Source: Candidatus Bathyarchaeia archaeon
GTDB lineage: Archaea; Thermoproteota; CALKCG01; B24
DNA: 64,000 bases
Assembly (NCBI GenBank): GCA_038870975.1
Contig: JAVZJD010000001.1
Location: forward strand, 160,001 to 224,000
Reading direction: 5' to 3'
The position numbers and the translations under genes are program-made. This document shows positions 37,965-49,128 of the stretch, in pieces. Below the pieces are notes generated by a model. The model did no database searches and was not told the origin of the DNA. It was given only the letters and a program-made list of their open reading frames with translations. The stretch's first letter is position 1. The number at the start of each line of letters is the position of its first letter.

Positions 37965-38705
37965 ATGGTGGCATTGAATAGCGCAAAGACCGTTCTAATC
38001 GAGCTCATAAACGTTTGTAAAGAGTATAGAGTGGAAGAAGTGATTACGACAGCTCTTAAGGATGTAAATTTTATAGTACGCGGGGGGGACTTAGTCGCGA
38101 TAATGGGTCCATCTGGTTCTGGCAAAACAACACTCCTTAACATGATAGGACTCTTAGATAGACCTACTAGTGGGACAATTATCTTCGACGGCCAAGATAC
38201 CTCAAAGTTAAGCGATAAGGAACTTGCAAACCTGAGGAATACAAAGCTTGGTTTCGTATTCCAAACCTTTAATCTAATCAACAGACTGACGGTTTTTGAA
38301 AATATAGAACTTCCATTAATACCTAGAGGTACTCCAAGAAATGTGAGGGCTGAAATGGTTAAAGAGGCTCTAGTGAAAGTCGGAGGTGAACTAGACTGGT
38401 TGAAGAAGAAGCCCAATCAACTTTCCGGAGGACAACAGCAGAGAGTTGCTATTGCAAGAGCCATTGTGGGAAGACCTACAGTAATACTTGCAGATGAACC
38501 GACTGGGAATCTAGATAGGATGTCAGCGAAGATAGTCATCAAAACTCTTTTAGAGCTGAATAAAGAAGGACATACGATTGTAATTGTAACACATGACCCA
38601 GAAGTTGCAAATTGCACACAGAAAATCTATGTGATTAGGGATGGAACCATTGTTAACGAATATGAGCCTAATCCAGACGAATCTCTTATTAAGAAGTTGC
38701 CGTAG
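37965..38705 (+). CDS. ABC transporter ATP-binding protein (LolD/MacB-type)
   Basis: GPSGSGKT, GFVFQ.FNL, LSGGQQQR, ADEPTGNLD. Confidence 0.92.
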   Translation: MVALNSAKTVLIELINVCKEYRVEEVITTALKDVNFIVRGGDLVAIMGPSGSGKTTLLNMIGLLDRPTSGTIIFDGQDTSKLSDKELANLRNTKLGFVFQTFNLINRLTVFENIELPLIPRGTPRNVRAEMVKEALVKVGGELDWLKKKPNQLSGGQQQRVAIARAIVGRPTVILADEPTGNLDRMSAKIVIKTLLELNKEGHTIVIVTHDPEVANCTQKIYVIRDGTIVNEYEPNPDESLIKKLP

Positions 38706-38745
38706 GATAAAATTAGTATTCCAACTGCCTAGAGGTGTATAGAAT

Positions 38746-41700
38746 TTGGGAGAGAAATCTACGAAACTGAATTTAATCTCTACGTTGTTTTTAACGACAC
38801 TAGTGTTAACGAGTATTACTTCTCTTAAAACAGATATACATTGTCAGCAGACTGTGTTCAATGTAATTGGAGTAAATGTTAAATCATCCTCAGGTTCATC
38901 AACCATATATCCTGGAAGTAGAAGAGTCAGCTTGAGGATTGAAACAGTCTACCTTGGTGCCGACATAGTAGAGGCAGTAGTAGGATATTTGAAGACTCCC
39001 ATAGGTATAGAGTTTAGTGCTGGAAGCGGTTCATTAGCAGTGGCAAAATTTTTAAATGGTTCCTTTGCATACAGGGTTGCAACTGGAGATTATATAACTT
39101 TCGATTACCTACTAGACATATCAAATTCACTACAACCTAAAACATATGATCTAACTTTGAATATAACCTACCGTTTTGGTCCGCATATTCTATTCGAGGA
39201 GCATAGTATAACTATTCGCATCTCCAGCTATCCCGCTATTTTATTGAGAACCGTCGACGCGTATTTGTCACCAGCCGCCTATCCAGGCTCAAGTGATACA
39301 AACTTCTACATCATGCTGGAGAATGCTGGTGACTCTGCAATAAATTCGGCAAATTTCTATCTTTCAATGCCAAAGGGTTTTACAATAGACAATCCAAGAG
39401 CGACTGTTGGACTGATTAATAAAGGTGAAAGATTTACTCTAACGTTTTCAGGTGTTTCAATACCAATTGGAGCATCAACGGGTACTTACGAAGCTGAAGT
39501 CCATGTGGATGCAAGCATGAGGACGGAAGACGGCGTTACGTATAACGAGGAATCAAAATTCAACGTACAGTTCATTATAACAAGTCCTCCACGTGAAGAC
39601 CCGATACTGATTTCATACATTTCCGTTATGTATCAAGGCAGGGCGGCTCCGCTACTCCCATCAGCAAGAGGAGTCACCATTAGAATTGGTTTAATTAACA
39701 GACTTTCTGACGTTTTAAGCGCTATGAGTATTACTCCCATACTTCCAGATGGAGTAAAGGCAACATCCATCTCTGGAACATACGCCAACGGAATGGGTGC
39801 TGGAGGCTCTTCTTTTATAGACATTACAGTTGATGTGGATCCTAATATAAAACCTGGTCAGTATGATGGTTGGTTAAGTATATCGTATGTTAAAATTGTT
39901 TCCGGAGCTTCCTTCATAGGGTATCAGAACTTGAGGTTTCAAATAGTCGTTGAGAGCTATCATAGCTATGTGCCAGAGCTCGCCATTTCATCTGCCTACT
40001 GGGGTACTCCGAGTCCAAACCCAGTATATGAAAATTCTCGGTATATTCCGTTAACTTTGAGTTTTCTCAACGAAGGACGCTATGATGTAGTTGGAGGTTT
40101 TGTTAACGTAAGCTCAGAATATTTAAGGACTATTAAAGGTTCGGAAACCCTACCGAGCAGGTTAACGCCCGGGTCTTCTGCATCTATCACCTTATACTTC
40201 GACGTAAATACTTCCGTTGAATCTATACCTATTGAAATCTCTGTGGACTACATTTTCGATGAATTCGGTACACATATGGAAGTAAGCCGCAGATTCGTAA
40301 TAATTCTTCCAGTCGAAAAATACCCAGCTTCAGATAGTAAGCTTTCAATAGTCAACTATGGCTGGCAGAACAATTACAGTGTTTTCCCCAGAACAGATAA
40401 TGCAACATATCAAGTGACTATTGCAAATCGAACGCCATTCTCCATAAGTGGTATAAACCTCATACTGAGGCTACCTAAAGGTATGACTTCAAACGGAGGG
40501 AGTGATGCCAATGCCTATGTTGAAGGACCCATAAGAAGTTTAAGCACTTTTTCCGCTTCATTTACAATCTCCGTCGGAGAAGTCCAGCCTGGAAAATATA
40601 GTGGGACTTTGATAGCGGATTTTATGATTTTATCTGGCGGGCCTGGAGTCAGATGTGTTGAAGAGTACAATTTATCTATAAATGTGCTTGATGATAGTCA
40701 AGCGGTTGAGTTTCTAGACAGTAGATGGTATGAGGGGGCGGTCGGACCCAATACCTATGGTGCACATTTGATTATCTCCATGAGAAACAACTACGTAGAT
40801 AGTATGAGAGGCGTCGTTTTAGAATTGAATCTGCCTAATGGCATATTCAATTCGCATGACAACTCATCTTACGTTAAAGTTACTCCGATATCTGTAGGAG
40901 CCACTGGTCTGAATCTGCAGGGACAAATTTCAACTCTAGAGGAGCTCTTAAAAATCTACCAAACTGGAATGCCTCAAAGTTTTTCGAGGGGTGACTTTTT
41001 AATATTCACCATTAATGTTAATATATTTGATTTGAACGTTGGACAGTACATTGCCAAAGGCGGAGTCTCTTACGTGGATCAATGGGGTACTAGAAGGACG
41101 GTGAATATTTCAATTCCAATTACGATTCTAGGAGGGACGAAGTATGTCGAAGTTTATATGAACGGAAGCTTAAACGTGAAAAAACGTTTTACAAATGCGT
41201 CGTTAACATTAGTGAACGTGGGGAGTTCCCCAATGTATAATGTCTATGTAGCAATATTGCCATACCAAGGAGCCGCTATTCTAATACCATCTCCTTCGAT
41301 GGTTTACGTTGAGTATATTGCTCCGAATAGTAAACATGAAATACCAATTACATTAGCGTACAATCCTCTGGGTTCAATAACACAGGCTGGAGGGACAGCT
41401 GTGATCACTTATGGTCCTGTTACATTTAGAATTTCGGTGATTTACAGAGATGCGAGCGGTACTCTTAAAAGTTTTAACAATACTGTGACTGTCATAGTCG
41501 AGCCATTTATAGACCTTCAGATAAGGGAAGTTAAAGCAACTGGGACGGCTTCGACTTCAACAGTTTCAGGTGTTGTTGTAAATTACGGTTCAGCTACAGC
41601 CTATAGAGTTGAGGCTAGCTTTATCGTCAACAATATAAGTAGGTCGACGATTGTTGGAGATGTAGACCCAGGTTCGGAAGTAGCCTTTAGAATAGATATC

Positions 41701-41955
41701 CCAGCTTATAATGAAACGGGAGTGCTACGGATAAGGTATTACAACATTTTCAATGAGTTAACCTCTATTGATACAATTGTAAGAATAGTTCTACGTGAAG
41801 AGGCTATTACACCAGCAGTCCAAGGTGGAGGAGTTGGTGTTGAAACTTGGATAATAGTAGTAGCTGTGACAATATTTTTGACCATTTCAGCACTCCTAAT
41901 ATACAGGTTTTTAAAAGTCCATTCAACTAGTAGAGTTCAACGGGATGCTCGATGA
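38746..41955 (+). CDS. Large secreted, membrane-anchored multi-Ig-domain (COG1361 S-layer-like) protein
   Basis: Signal peptide, repeated beta-rich domains, C-terminal TM; lies between LolD-type ATPase and MacB-type permease. Confidence 0.7.
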   Translation: MGEKSTKLNLISTLFLTTLVLTSITSLKTDIHCQQTVFNVIGVNVKSSSGSSTIYPGSRRVSLRIETVYLGADIVEAVVGYLKTPIGIEFSAGSGSLAVAKFLNGSFAYRVATGDYITFDYLLDISNSLQPKTYDLTLNITYRFGPHILFEEHSITIRISSYPAILLRTVDAYLSPAAYPGSSDTNFYIMLENAGDSAINSANFYLSMPKGFTIDNPRATVGLINKGERFTLTFSGVSIPIGASTGTYEAEVHVDASMRTEDGVTYNEESKFNVQFIITSPPREDPILISYISVMYQGRAAPLLPSARGVTIRIGLINRLSDVLSAMSITPILPDGVKATSISGTYANGMGAGGSSFIDITVDVDPNIKPGQYDGWLSISYVKIVSGASFIGYQNLRFQIVVESYHSYVPELAISSAYWGTPSPNPVYENSRYIPLTLSFLNEGRYDVVGGFVNVSSEYLRTIKGSETLPSRLTPGSSASITLYFDVNTSVESIPIEISVDYIFDEFGTHMEVSRRFVIILPVEKYPASDSKLSIVNYGWQNNYSVFPRTDNATYQVTIANRTPFSISGINLILRLPKGMTSNGGSDANAYVEGPIRSLSTFSASFTISVGEVQPGKYSGTLIADFMILSGGPGVRCVEEYNLSINVLDDSQAVEFLDSRWYEGAVGPNTYGAHLIISMRNNYVDSMRGVVLELNLPNGIFNSHDNSSYVKVTPISVGATGLNLQGQISTLEELLKIYQTGMPQSFSRGDFLIFTINVNIFDLNVGQYIAKGGVSYVDQWGTRRTVNISIPITILGGTKYVEVYMNGSLNVKKRFTNASLTLVNVGSSPMYNVYVAILPYQGAAILIPSPSMVYVEYIAPNSKHEIPITLAYNPLGSITQAGGTAVITYGPVTFRISVIYRDASGTLKSFNNTVTVIVEPFIDLQIREVKATGTASTSTVSGVVVNYGSATAYRVEASFIVNNISRSTIVGDVDPGSEVAFRIDIPAYNETGVLRIRYYNIFNELTSIDTIVRIVLREEAITPAVQGGGVGVETWIIVVAVTIFLTISALLIYRFLKVHSTSRVQRDAR

Positions 41956-43169
41956 ATCCATACATATTATTAGACTTCGTTAGATTATCGTTAAAGGCTT
42001 TAAGTGAGAGAAGGGCAAGGGCTCTTCTAACTACAGTTGGCATCTCTATAGGTCCCCTAGTGTTGGTCATGATGAGTTCCGTTGTAGGAGGGTATTCAGA
42101 CTACATAGTTGAAAGAGTGACATCCCTTGGACAGAATGCGATAGCTATTTTTCCAAGCGAGAATTATAAGTTGGGTGATGAAGAGTTGCAATTCATAAGG
42201 TCCATACCAGAGGTTGCGCGAGCAGAGCCGTTTTATTCGACTCAAGGAATCCTTAAAAGAGGTACTGAAGAAGTGAGGGTTTCAATTTTCGCCATAGATT
42301 ATACATTGCTCTTTGAGGCAATTGGAAGCCTGAAGATAAGCGAGGGGAAAATTCCACCTGAGACTGAGGTACTGTATTGTATAGTCGGCAGGAAAATAGC
42401 ATTCAAAGATAGTGGTGAACAATATTTCACATTGGACGATGTTCTAACGGTAGACATTCCGAAAATAGAAGGTGGAAAGATAACTGGTAAGAAGAGTCTA
42501 AACATGGTTATAGGTGCAATCTTGGAAGAGTATGGCGGAGCATTGATAGCCGACCCCGATTCAACAATCTTTATAAGCCAAGAGGCTGGTAGAAGACTGC
42601 TCGGCATGAAGGATTGGTCGGGAATCTTTGTACTCGCCAGAGACCCGTCGTTTGTTAAGTCGATCGTCTCAACATTAAGAAATAAGTATGAGGATAAGTT
42701 GCGAGTTATAGCATTCAGCGCAATTGCCGAAACAATATCTAGTGTAACTGGTGCGATAAATTTCATAAACTTTTCAACATCACTCTCCGCTTTCGCCGTT
42801 GCAATAGCAGGCACTGCGGCTACGATGATAACGGCTGTCATGGAGAGGACCCGAGAGATAGGTGTGATGAAGGCCATAGGTTATACGAATGGTCAAATCT
42901 TACTCATGATACTCTTAGAGTCAATAATGATGAGTTTAATCGGAGGAATTGTTGGCATCTCTTTGGGAGTACTCGGTGCGCATATCCTATCTTCCAGAGG
43001 GTTTATTATAAGAGGAATAGGATTGACATTCGTAGTAAATCCAAAAATAACTTCAGAATTAATCGCACAGACGCTACTACTAACGGTTGCAGTGGGTTTA
43101 ACTGGAGGAGCCCTACCTGCATATAGAGCATCTAAAATACCACCTATCGTTGCTTTAAGATACGAGTAG
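41952..43169 (+). CDS. ABC transporter permease (MacB/FtsX type)
   Basis: R.LLT..GI.IG, ERTREIGVMKAIG, PAYRAS..P...LRYE. Confidence 0.9.
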   Translation: MNPYILLDFVRLSLKALSERRARALLTTVGISIGPLVLVMMSSVVGGYSDYIVERVTSLGQNAIAIFPSENYKLGDEELQFIRSIPEVARAEPFYSTQGILKRGTEEVRVSIFAIDYTLLFEAIGSLKISEGKIPPETEVLYCIVGRKIAFKDSGEQYFTLDDVLTVDIPKIEGGKITGKKSLNMVIGAILEEYGGALIADPDSTIFISQEAGRRLLGMKDWSGIFVLARDPSFVKSIVSTLRNKYEDKLRVIAFSAIAETISSVTGAINFINFSTSLSAFAVAIAGTAATMITAVMERTREIGVMKAIGYTNGQILLMILLESIMMSLIGGIVGISLGVLGAHILSSRGFIIRGIGLTFVVNPKITSELIAQTLLLTVAVGLTGGALPAYRASKIPPIVALRYE

Positions 43170-43244
43170 AATTCTGGTAAATTAAAGAGTTATTTTAAAG
43201 AGAAAATGAATGGAGGTATTGTCTTGTTTAAATGCCAACACCTA

Positions 43245-44336
43245 TTAAACGTCGTATCTCCTTATCCATTCCCTCTTCTTCTTTAAATAGTAAAGATATG
43301 TTTGATACGAGACTTCCGGTGGACATCTATGGTCCACCATTGGTATATAGCCCCCCTCTTTAAGCAGCGGTGTGAGCCTTTCAAGTTCTTTGTCTATAGC
43401 ATTGCCTCCTGCTATTAAAGCCATTTTATTTACACCACCCATGAGTAGAATTCTATGCCCGTATTCTTCTCTAAGCTCATGTATATTCGTGCAACGCGCC
43501 TCCAAAGGAAACATGCAGTTTATTCCTCCTTTAAGCCACCCGGGAACGAGACGGGTTATATCTCCATCGCAATCAACTATGTTAATTGTAACTCCATACT
43601 CTTTAAGAACATCCGTCACTTTCTTGTATCTTGGAACCATAAATTCTTCAAAATGGCGGACCGATATCAATGGACCCTTATTGTAACACATATCTTCCCA
43701 CCAGGTTGCAAAGTCTACTTTAACGGTTCGTAAAGCTCTTCTAATAACAGCTATCCATAGATTGACTAAGGTATCCATCATCTCGGCAACCCAGTCTGGG
43801 TCTTTGTAAAAAGCGATAGATATCCCCTGGACGCCCATTAGATTTCTAAGCCATCCGTATAGACTGCCGATGCTAATTCCTAGTGGAGCTTCACGCTCTT
43901 TATACGTAGCCGCTATTTCATCCCAGTTTAGCGGGAAACGACCTGGCGTATTCGGGTCGAAGAATGGCTTTAGTTTCTCCCAATCATCCCTGGTTTTTAG
44001 AGGATATTTAATGTAATGGGGTGGAGAGGATGTACTTTTTGTAGCTAAGTATATGCCTCCCATTCCATCGTCAACTAAAACTCTGTCCTTTTCCTCTTTG
44101 ATTATCCTGCTCGGTAGAGGAGGCCAAAATCCCGTTACTACTGGTAGCATATCTATGCAATCCCATCCTTCAAGTCCAAGATACAGTTCAACGTCTCTAT
44201 TGGTTTTCACTTCAAATGGAAGACCTTCTCTATGCCATCTATCGATTGTTTCATTCCAATAACCGAACTCGTAATCTGGAACTCTATCGACTTCTTTAAA
44301 CTGGAAAACCCTATGAAAACGCTCTAAGTGGTTCAA
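43245..44336 (-). CDS. Uroporphyrinogen-decarboxylase (URO-D/MtaA-like) superfamily protein
   Basis: DRVP, WEDMCYN.GP.IS, DCDGD, GG.NK, GGYIP..DH..PP. Confidence 0.8.
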   Translation of the reverse strand: MNHLERFHRVFQFKEVDRVPDYEFGYWNETIDRWHREGLPFEVKTNRDVELYLGLEGWDCIDMLPVVTGFWPPLPSRIIKEEKDRVLVDDGMGGIYLATKSTSSPPHYIKYPLKTRDDWEKLKPFFDPNTPGRFPLNWDEIAATYKEREAPLGISIGSLYGWLRNLMGVQGISIAFYKDPDWVAEMMDTLVNLWIAVIRRALRTVKVDFATWWEDMCYNKGPLISVRHFEEFMVPRYKKVTDVLKEYGVTINIVDCDGDITRLVPGWLKGGINCMFPLEARCTNIHELREEYGHRILLMGGVNKMALIAGGNAIDKELERLTPLLKEGGYIPMVDHRCPPEVSYQTYLYYLKKKREWIRRYDV

Positions 44337-44479
44337 GGGTCACACCATTATAATGACTGTTAGGAAAAGCTAATAAAATCTACTCCAAATCTTAAAGAGA
44401 ATATAACTGAAAATAAAATGTTATATACATAAGTAGAAAAGTATTTAAATAAGAGGAGGATCTGCTTTTACTGAGCTCC

Positions 44480-46819
44480 ATGATGAGGGCGAGGGATGAA
44501 TCGCTAATCGCCATGTTGGTCTTAATAGGTGTAACGCTCTATATAGGGTCTCAACTGTTCTCTGTTAAAGTTCAATGTGCGCCATACTATACAGTTTACG
44601 GTATAGTTGTGGATGAAGCTGGAGTGAAGCTAAGTGGTGTTTTAGTTCAAGTCTATAGTTCAAGCGGAGCATTCATTGACCAGAGTTCCACAGATTCAGA
44701 TGGGTATTTTGCATTGATGTTAGAAAGCGGTCAGCAGTATAAACTCTGTTTTTCAAAAGCAGGTTATGCCAAGGTTGAAAAAACCATCAATGTTGTAGGT
44801 AATATGAACGTGAGCACCATTACTCTACCCAGAGCCTTAAAATTGTACTGCTCGGCCCTAAGATTGGTGGTGAGTTTAGGCAGTAAAATCACCATCCCAT
44901 TCACGGTAAGCAATGAAGGAGATACCCTTGAAACAGTGGAGTTCATCGTGTATAAACCTAGCGACTGGTCTGCGAGGATTTTAGATCAGTATAACCACGA
45001 GATTACAGATATTTATCTACCACCCTCTAGTAAGCAGAATCTCCAGCTGGAGTTATGTACTCCTTCGACGGCATCTGTAGATACGGAGTATGGCATAGCG
45101 TTAGCAGCTATTGGAACGTTAAAATGTTATTTAACAATAACGGTATACGTCAAGCCGCCTGTTACAGTCTCTGGTAGACTGGTAGATGAAATGGGTAATG
45201 CTGTGGAAAATGCAATAGTAGACGTATATTCTTCCGATGGTTTCCTCGTTAAAAGCGCGACCAGTGGGATGGCTGGATATTTTACAATTGAATTAGGGTC
45301 ATCTAATAGCTACATGCTTTATTTCTCAAAACCAGGCTATGTTAAATATACCAAAAGCATCATGCTGGGGGATGAAAACTTAGATTTAGGCGAAATAGTA
45401 CTACAGAGGAAAATACAATTGTACAGTTCTACTCTAGAGCTAACAGTCGAACCTGGTAGGAGGCTATCCATTCCATTTACGATTAAAAACAGTGGAGAAG
45501 ATTATGAAACAGTGAAACTTTCAACGGAAAACCCTGAAGATTGGATTATACGAACCTTAACTCAGAATAATAGAGAAGCCTCAAGGTTTATATTGTCACC
45601 CAAAGAAAATTTGAATCTCCAACTTGAAGTTACAGTACCGTCTACCGTTTCTATTGGAGAATATACACTTAGATTAATAGCCACCAATTCAATAAATTCC
45701 TCGCTAGAGTTCAAAGTTAAAATACAACCTCTAAGTGAAAACATTGTATTCTGCCAGTTTCCAGGAAAAACTGTCACGCCTGGGAATACCGCTAAATTTC
45801 AAGTGAAGATCAAGAACCCTACAGATGTGGAGCAGAGGTTCAGCATTTCCATTAATCCACGACCGCCAGGTTGGGGGATATCAGTTAAAAGCAGTAGCGG
45901 TGAAGCCATATCAGATATAATGTTGGATGGCGGTGGCTCCGCTGACTTAATTGTTGAAGTATCAACACCTTCAAACGTAAACGACGGAGAATACAACTTC
46001 CTATTCACAGCTAAATCTCAAACTATATCCGGAGAACTGCTTATACGGTTAATAGTAGAAAGACCAAAACCATGCATCGAGTTAACGGCAGTACCACCCT
46101 ATCTTGACGTTTATGCGGGATCTAGCGCCCGATTTAAGATTAAAGTATCCAATACTGGAGGATATGACCAGCTACTGAATCTCACTGCTGAAGAAATACC
46201 TGATGGTTTAAGGGTTTGGTTTGAAGACGCAAATAAACAGGAGATTACGAGAATATATGTTGAAACTGGTAGCTCGAAAGAATTCTACGTAGCTGTTTCC
46301 ACACCCAAGGAGTATAAGTTAGGCCTGTACAGTTTTACAGTCTCAGTAGCCGATCTAAACGTGAGAAGTACAACAGATTTAACTTTAAATGTAATAGGAC
46401 TGTATAGGATCACTATAACCACTACAAACTTTTACACTTCGTTGAGCGTTGGAGGGGAAACGACATTTGATGTTACCGTTAAGAATGCTGGTACCCAAGA
46501 AATTACGAATGTTAGAGTCGTCGCTGTAACTGGAAGCATACCTGATGGATTTACTGTTGATGTTACGCCCAGTTATACGTCTTCTCTGAAGGCGGATGAA
46601 GACTACACGTTCACCGTAACTATTAAAACGGAGGCGGATGTTAATGCAGGTAATTACTACATCGATTTTAACGTTCTATCGGATCAAGCCGAATCTAAGA
46701 CGTTTACATTGAGGGTTGAAGTTTTCCATGGAACGAGTTGGATCATCTACGGAGGAGCCCTCATCGTGGTTGCTGTAATCGGTTTATTAGTAGTATATAG
46801 GAAGATTGGAAGGAGGTGA
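44480..46819 (+). CDS. Secreted, membrane-anchored protein with carboxypeptidase-regulatory-like and NEW3 Ig-like domains
   Basis: Signal peptide, tandem beta-sandwich domains, C-terminal TM + RKIGRR. Confidence 0.75.
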   Translation: MMRARDESLIAMLVLIGVTLYIGSQLFSVKVQCAPYYTVYGIVVDEAGVKLSGVLVQVYSSSGAFIDQSSTDSDGYFALMLESGQQYKLCFSKAGYAKVEKTINVVGNMNVSTITLPRALKLYCSALRLVVSLGSKITIPFTVSNEGDTLETVEFIVYKPSDWSARILDQYNHEITDIYLPPSSKQNLQLELCTPSTASVDTEYGIALAAIGTLKCYLTITVYVKPPVTVSGRLVDEMGNAVENAIVDVYSSDGFLVKSATSGMAGYFTIELGSSNSYMLYFSKPGYVKYTKSIMLGDENLDLGEIVLQRKIQLYSSTLELTVEPGRRLSIPFTIKNSGEDYETVKLSTENPEDWIIRTLTQNNREASRFILSPKENLNLQLEVTVPSTVSIGEYTLRLIATNSINSSLEFKVKIQPLSENIVFCQFPGKTVTPGNTAKFQVKIKNPTDVEQRFSISINPRPPGWGISVKSSSGEAISDIMLDGGGSADLIVEVSTPSNVNDGEYNFLFTAKSQTISGELLIRLIVERPKPCIELTAVPPYLDVYAGSSARFKIKVSNTGGYDQLLNLTAEEIPDGLRVWFEDANKQEITRIYVETGSSKEFYVAVSTPKEYKLGLYSFTVSVADLNVRSTTDLTLNVIGLYRITITTTNFYTSLSVGGETTFDVTVKNAGTQEITNVRVVAVTGSIPDGFTVDVTPSYTSSLKADEDYTFTVTIKTEADVNAGNYYIDFNVLSDQAESKTFTLRVEVFHGTSWIIYGGALIVVAVIGLLVVYRKIGRR
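44585..45730 (+). repeat. Internal tandem duplication (about 190 aa x2) in the NEW3 protein; boundaries approximate
   Basis: TVYGIVVDE..VYSS.G..GYF....FSKAGY..IPFTVSNEG vs TVSGRLVDE..VYSS.G..GYF....FSKPGY..IPFTIKNSG. Confidence 0.75.
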
Positions 46820-46825
46820 AAACAG

Positions 46826-47770
46826 ATGAGTTATGCGATTGAAACACACGATTTAACGAAGATCTATAAATCTGAGGGGAAGACTGTAGTAGCTGTAGAC
46901 CATTTAAACCTAAAGGTTGAGAGAGGTTTGGTTTTCGGATTACTCGGTCCTAATGGTGCTGGAAAAACAACGCTAATTATGATGTTAACTGGGTTAACCC
47001 TTCCAACGAGTGGCTCGGGTAAAGTCCTCGGATACGACATAGTAAAAGAGTCATTGCAAATAAGGAGGAAAGTTGGGCTACTGCCAGATCCATTCGGCTT
47101 CTATGACCATCTTACGGCTGAGCAAAATCTAGAGTATATTGCGGCATTAAACGATATGCCTAAAGCTGAAAGGAGAAAACGCATTGAAGAAGTATTGACG
47201 ACAGTTGGATTGTATGAGGTTAAGGATAGGAAGGTTGGAGGTTTTTCTAGGGGAATGAAGCAGAGGCTTGGAATAGCTCAAGCTCTAATTAAAGACCCTG
47301 AGCTTTTAATATTCGATGAACCTACCGCTGGATTAGACCCAGAGGGAGCTAGAGCTTTCAGAGAACAGGTTGCTAAACTCAGTAAAGAGGGGAAGACCAT
47401 AATGCTCAGTACGCATCTGCTTTTTGAAGTGGGGCCTCTCTGTAACTTCATAGCTGTAATAAACCAAGGTAGATTGATAGTTCAGGGGAAGGTTAGAGAG
47501 CTCATAGAGAAAATGATGGCTGAAGAGGGCTATAAGATTCGTGTTAAAGTCGCCGGAAGTATACAGCCGCTGATCGCAAGTATAACACAGCTTAATGAAG
47601 TAAGTGAGGTTAAACGTGAAGACGACACAGTACTTATAAGAGCTAGTAGAGATATTAGGTCTGAGATAAGTAAGACTGCGTTAAGTCTTGGATTAGAGAT
47701 TTCAACCCTCCAAATAGAAGAGCCGACATTGGAGGATCTATTTATGAAATATTATAAGGGGGAGGTGTAG
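46826..47770 (+). CDS. ABC-2 type ATP-binding protein
   Basis: GPNGAGKT, FSRGMKQRL, DEPTAGLDP. Confidence 0.92.
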   Translation: MSYAIETHDLTKIYKSEGKTVVAVDHLNLKVERGLVFGLLGPNGAGKTTLIMMLTGLTLPTSGSGKVLGYDIVKESLQIRRKVGLLPDPFGFYDHLTAEQNLEYIAALNDMPKAERRKRIEEVLTTVGLYEVKDRKVGGFSRGMKQRLGIAQALIKDPELLIFDEPTAGLDPEGARAFREQVAKLSKEGKTIMLSTHLLFEVGPLCNFIAVINQGRLIVQGKVRELIEKMMAEEGYKIRVKVAGSIQPLIASITQLNEVSEVKREDDTVLIRASRDIRSEISKTALSLGLEISTLQIEEPTLEDLFMKYYKGEV

Positions 47771-47773
47771 AAT

Positions 47774-48712
47774 ATGCCTAGCACACTCACAGTAGCGTTA
47801 AAGGAATTTTCCGATATAGTGAAGGGGAGACGATTCATAGTACTGGTAATCGTCTTCGGTTTACTGCTCACGGTGGCTATAGCATCAGTCTATCTCACAG
47901 TAATGCAGAACATAAACATACCTGGGATTGCCATGCCTCGAGGTTTCTTAGGTAGAGCGGCGTATACACTAATCACGATGATGTCATATTTTGCACCAAT
48001 AATAGGTTTAGCACTTGGTTTCGATGCTATATCGGGTGAGAAGGAGAAGGGTACGTTAAAGATCGTCCTCGCTCAACCTGTATACAGGGATATCGTTATA
48101 AACGGAAAATTCCTTGCAGCCCTTCTAGCAGCTTCTCTGGCAATACTTATAGCGTCTATCGTAAACATAGGAGGCGTTGCGTTTATCCTAGGTGTTACAC
48201 CCACGGGTGAAGAAGTCGCTAGGCTAGTCTTATTCATGGCATTCTCCATACTCTTCGCTATGACGTACTACAGCATAGCAGTATTATTATCGACTATTTC
48301 GAAGAGGACTGCGCAAAGTATGATTATTGGAGTCGTATTGTGGGCAATCTTCACTTTTGTCATACCTATAATAGCCTCCTTAGTCGCCTTCACAATTAGA
48401 CCAATCCGTATTGGCCAAAATATGACTAGAGAGGAGATGCAACGATTTATGGAGGAACTGAGAAGCCGTACAGCTATAACGGAAACTATAAACAGTTTCA
48501 CACCAAACTACCACTTCAGCAGAATCGCATATTACATCCTGAATGTTTATACTGGAGCGGCCATTGGACCTAGAAATCCCATAGAGACTAGGAACATCTC
48601 CATAATGGAGGGGTTAACATTGGCATGGCCTAATATTCTGGTACTAGTGCTGGTTACAGCCATAGCATTCATTGCGTCATACACGATATTTATGCGGCAA
48701 GAAATACGATGA
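47774..48712 (+). CDS. ABC-2 type permease
   Basis: LGFDAISGEKEKGTL, PV.R...I.GK; about 6 TM. Confidence 0.88.
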   Translation: MPSTLTVALKEFSDIVKGRRFIVLVIVFGLLLTVAIASVYLTVMQNINIPGIAMPRGFLGRAAYTLITMMSYFAPIIGLALGFDAISGEKEKGTLKIVLAQPVYRDIVINGKFLAALLAASLAILIASIVNIGGVAFILGVTPTGEEVARLVLFMAFSILFAMTYYSIAVLLSTISKRTAQSMIIGVVLWAIFTFVIPIIASLVAFTIRPIRIGQNMTREEMQRFMEELRSRTAITETINSFTPNYHFSRIAYYILNVYTGAAIGPRNPIETRNISIMEGLTLAWPNILVLVLVTAIAFIASYTIFMRQEIR

Positions 48713-49128
48713 GGCGGTTGGTCTACCCTTTTTTGCATAATCCTCTACTTCTCGGTGAAATTTTAAGGGGAAAATCCAAGTAACGAGAGGTATTTATTCT
48801 TTTCCTCGAAACAATTATGGATACGGCTTCCACCAAATCTTAATACTGTGGTAAGAATGATACTTAACCCTAATGGTATGATTACCTTCTTAGGACATTA
48901 ATCTACATCTAGACTTGATGCTCCAGAGAACCCAGTTTGAACTGGGGAGTGTAGAATCATTAACCAACTAACCGCTTATACGCTATAAACATCGTATAAC
49001 GACCGTAATCGCGTTTTAATATGCAACGCTTTTTACGTCTATATTCCCGAAAGTATGTAACTCCTTAATTACAGCATACTGCAAATTTATACCTGTTATT
49101 CGAGTATAGATATTGAGGTTGAAAACCG

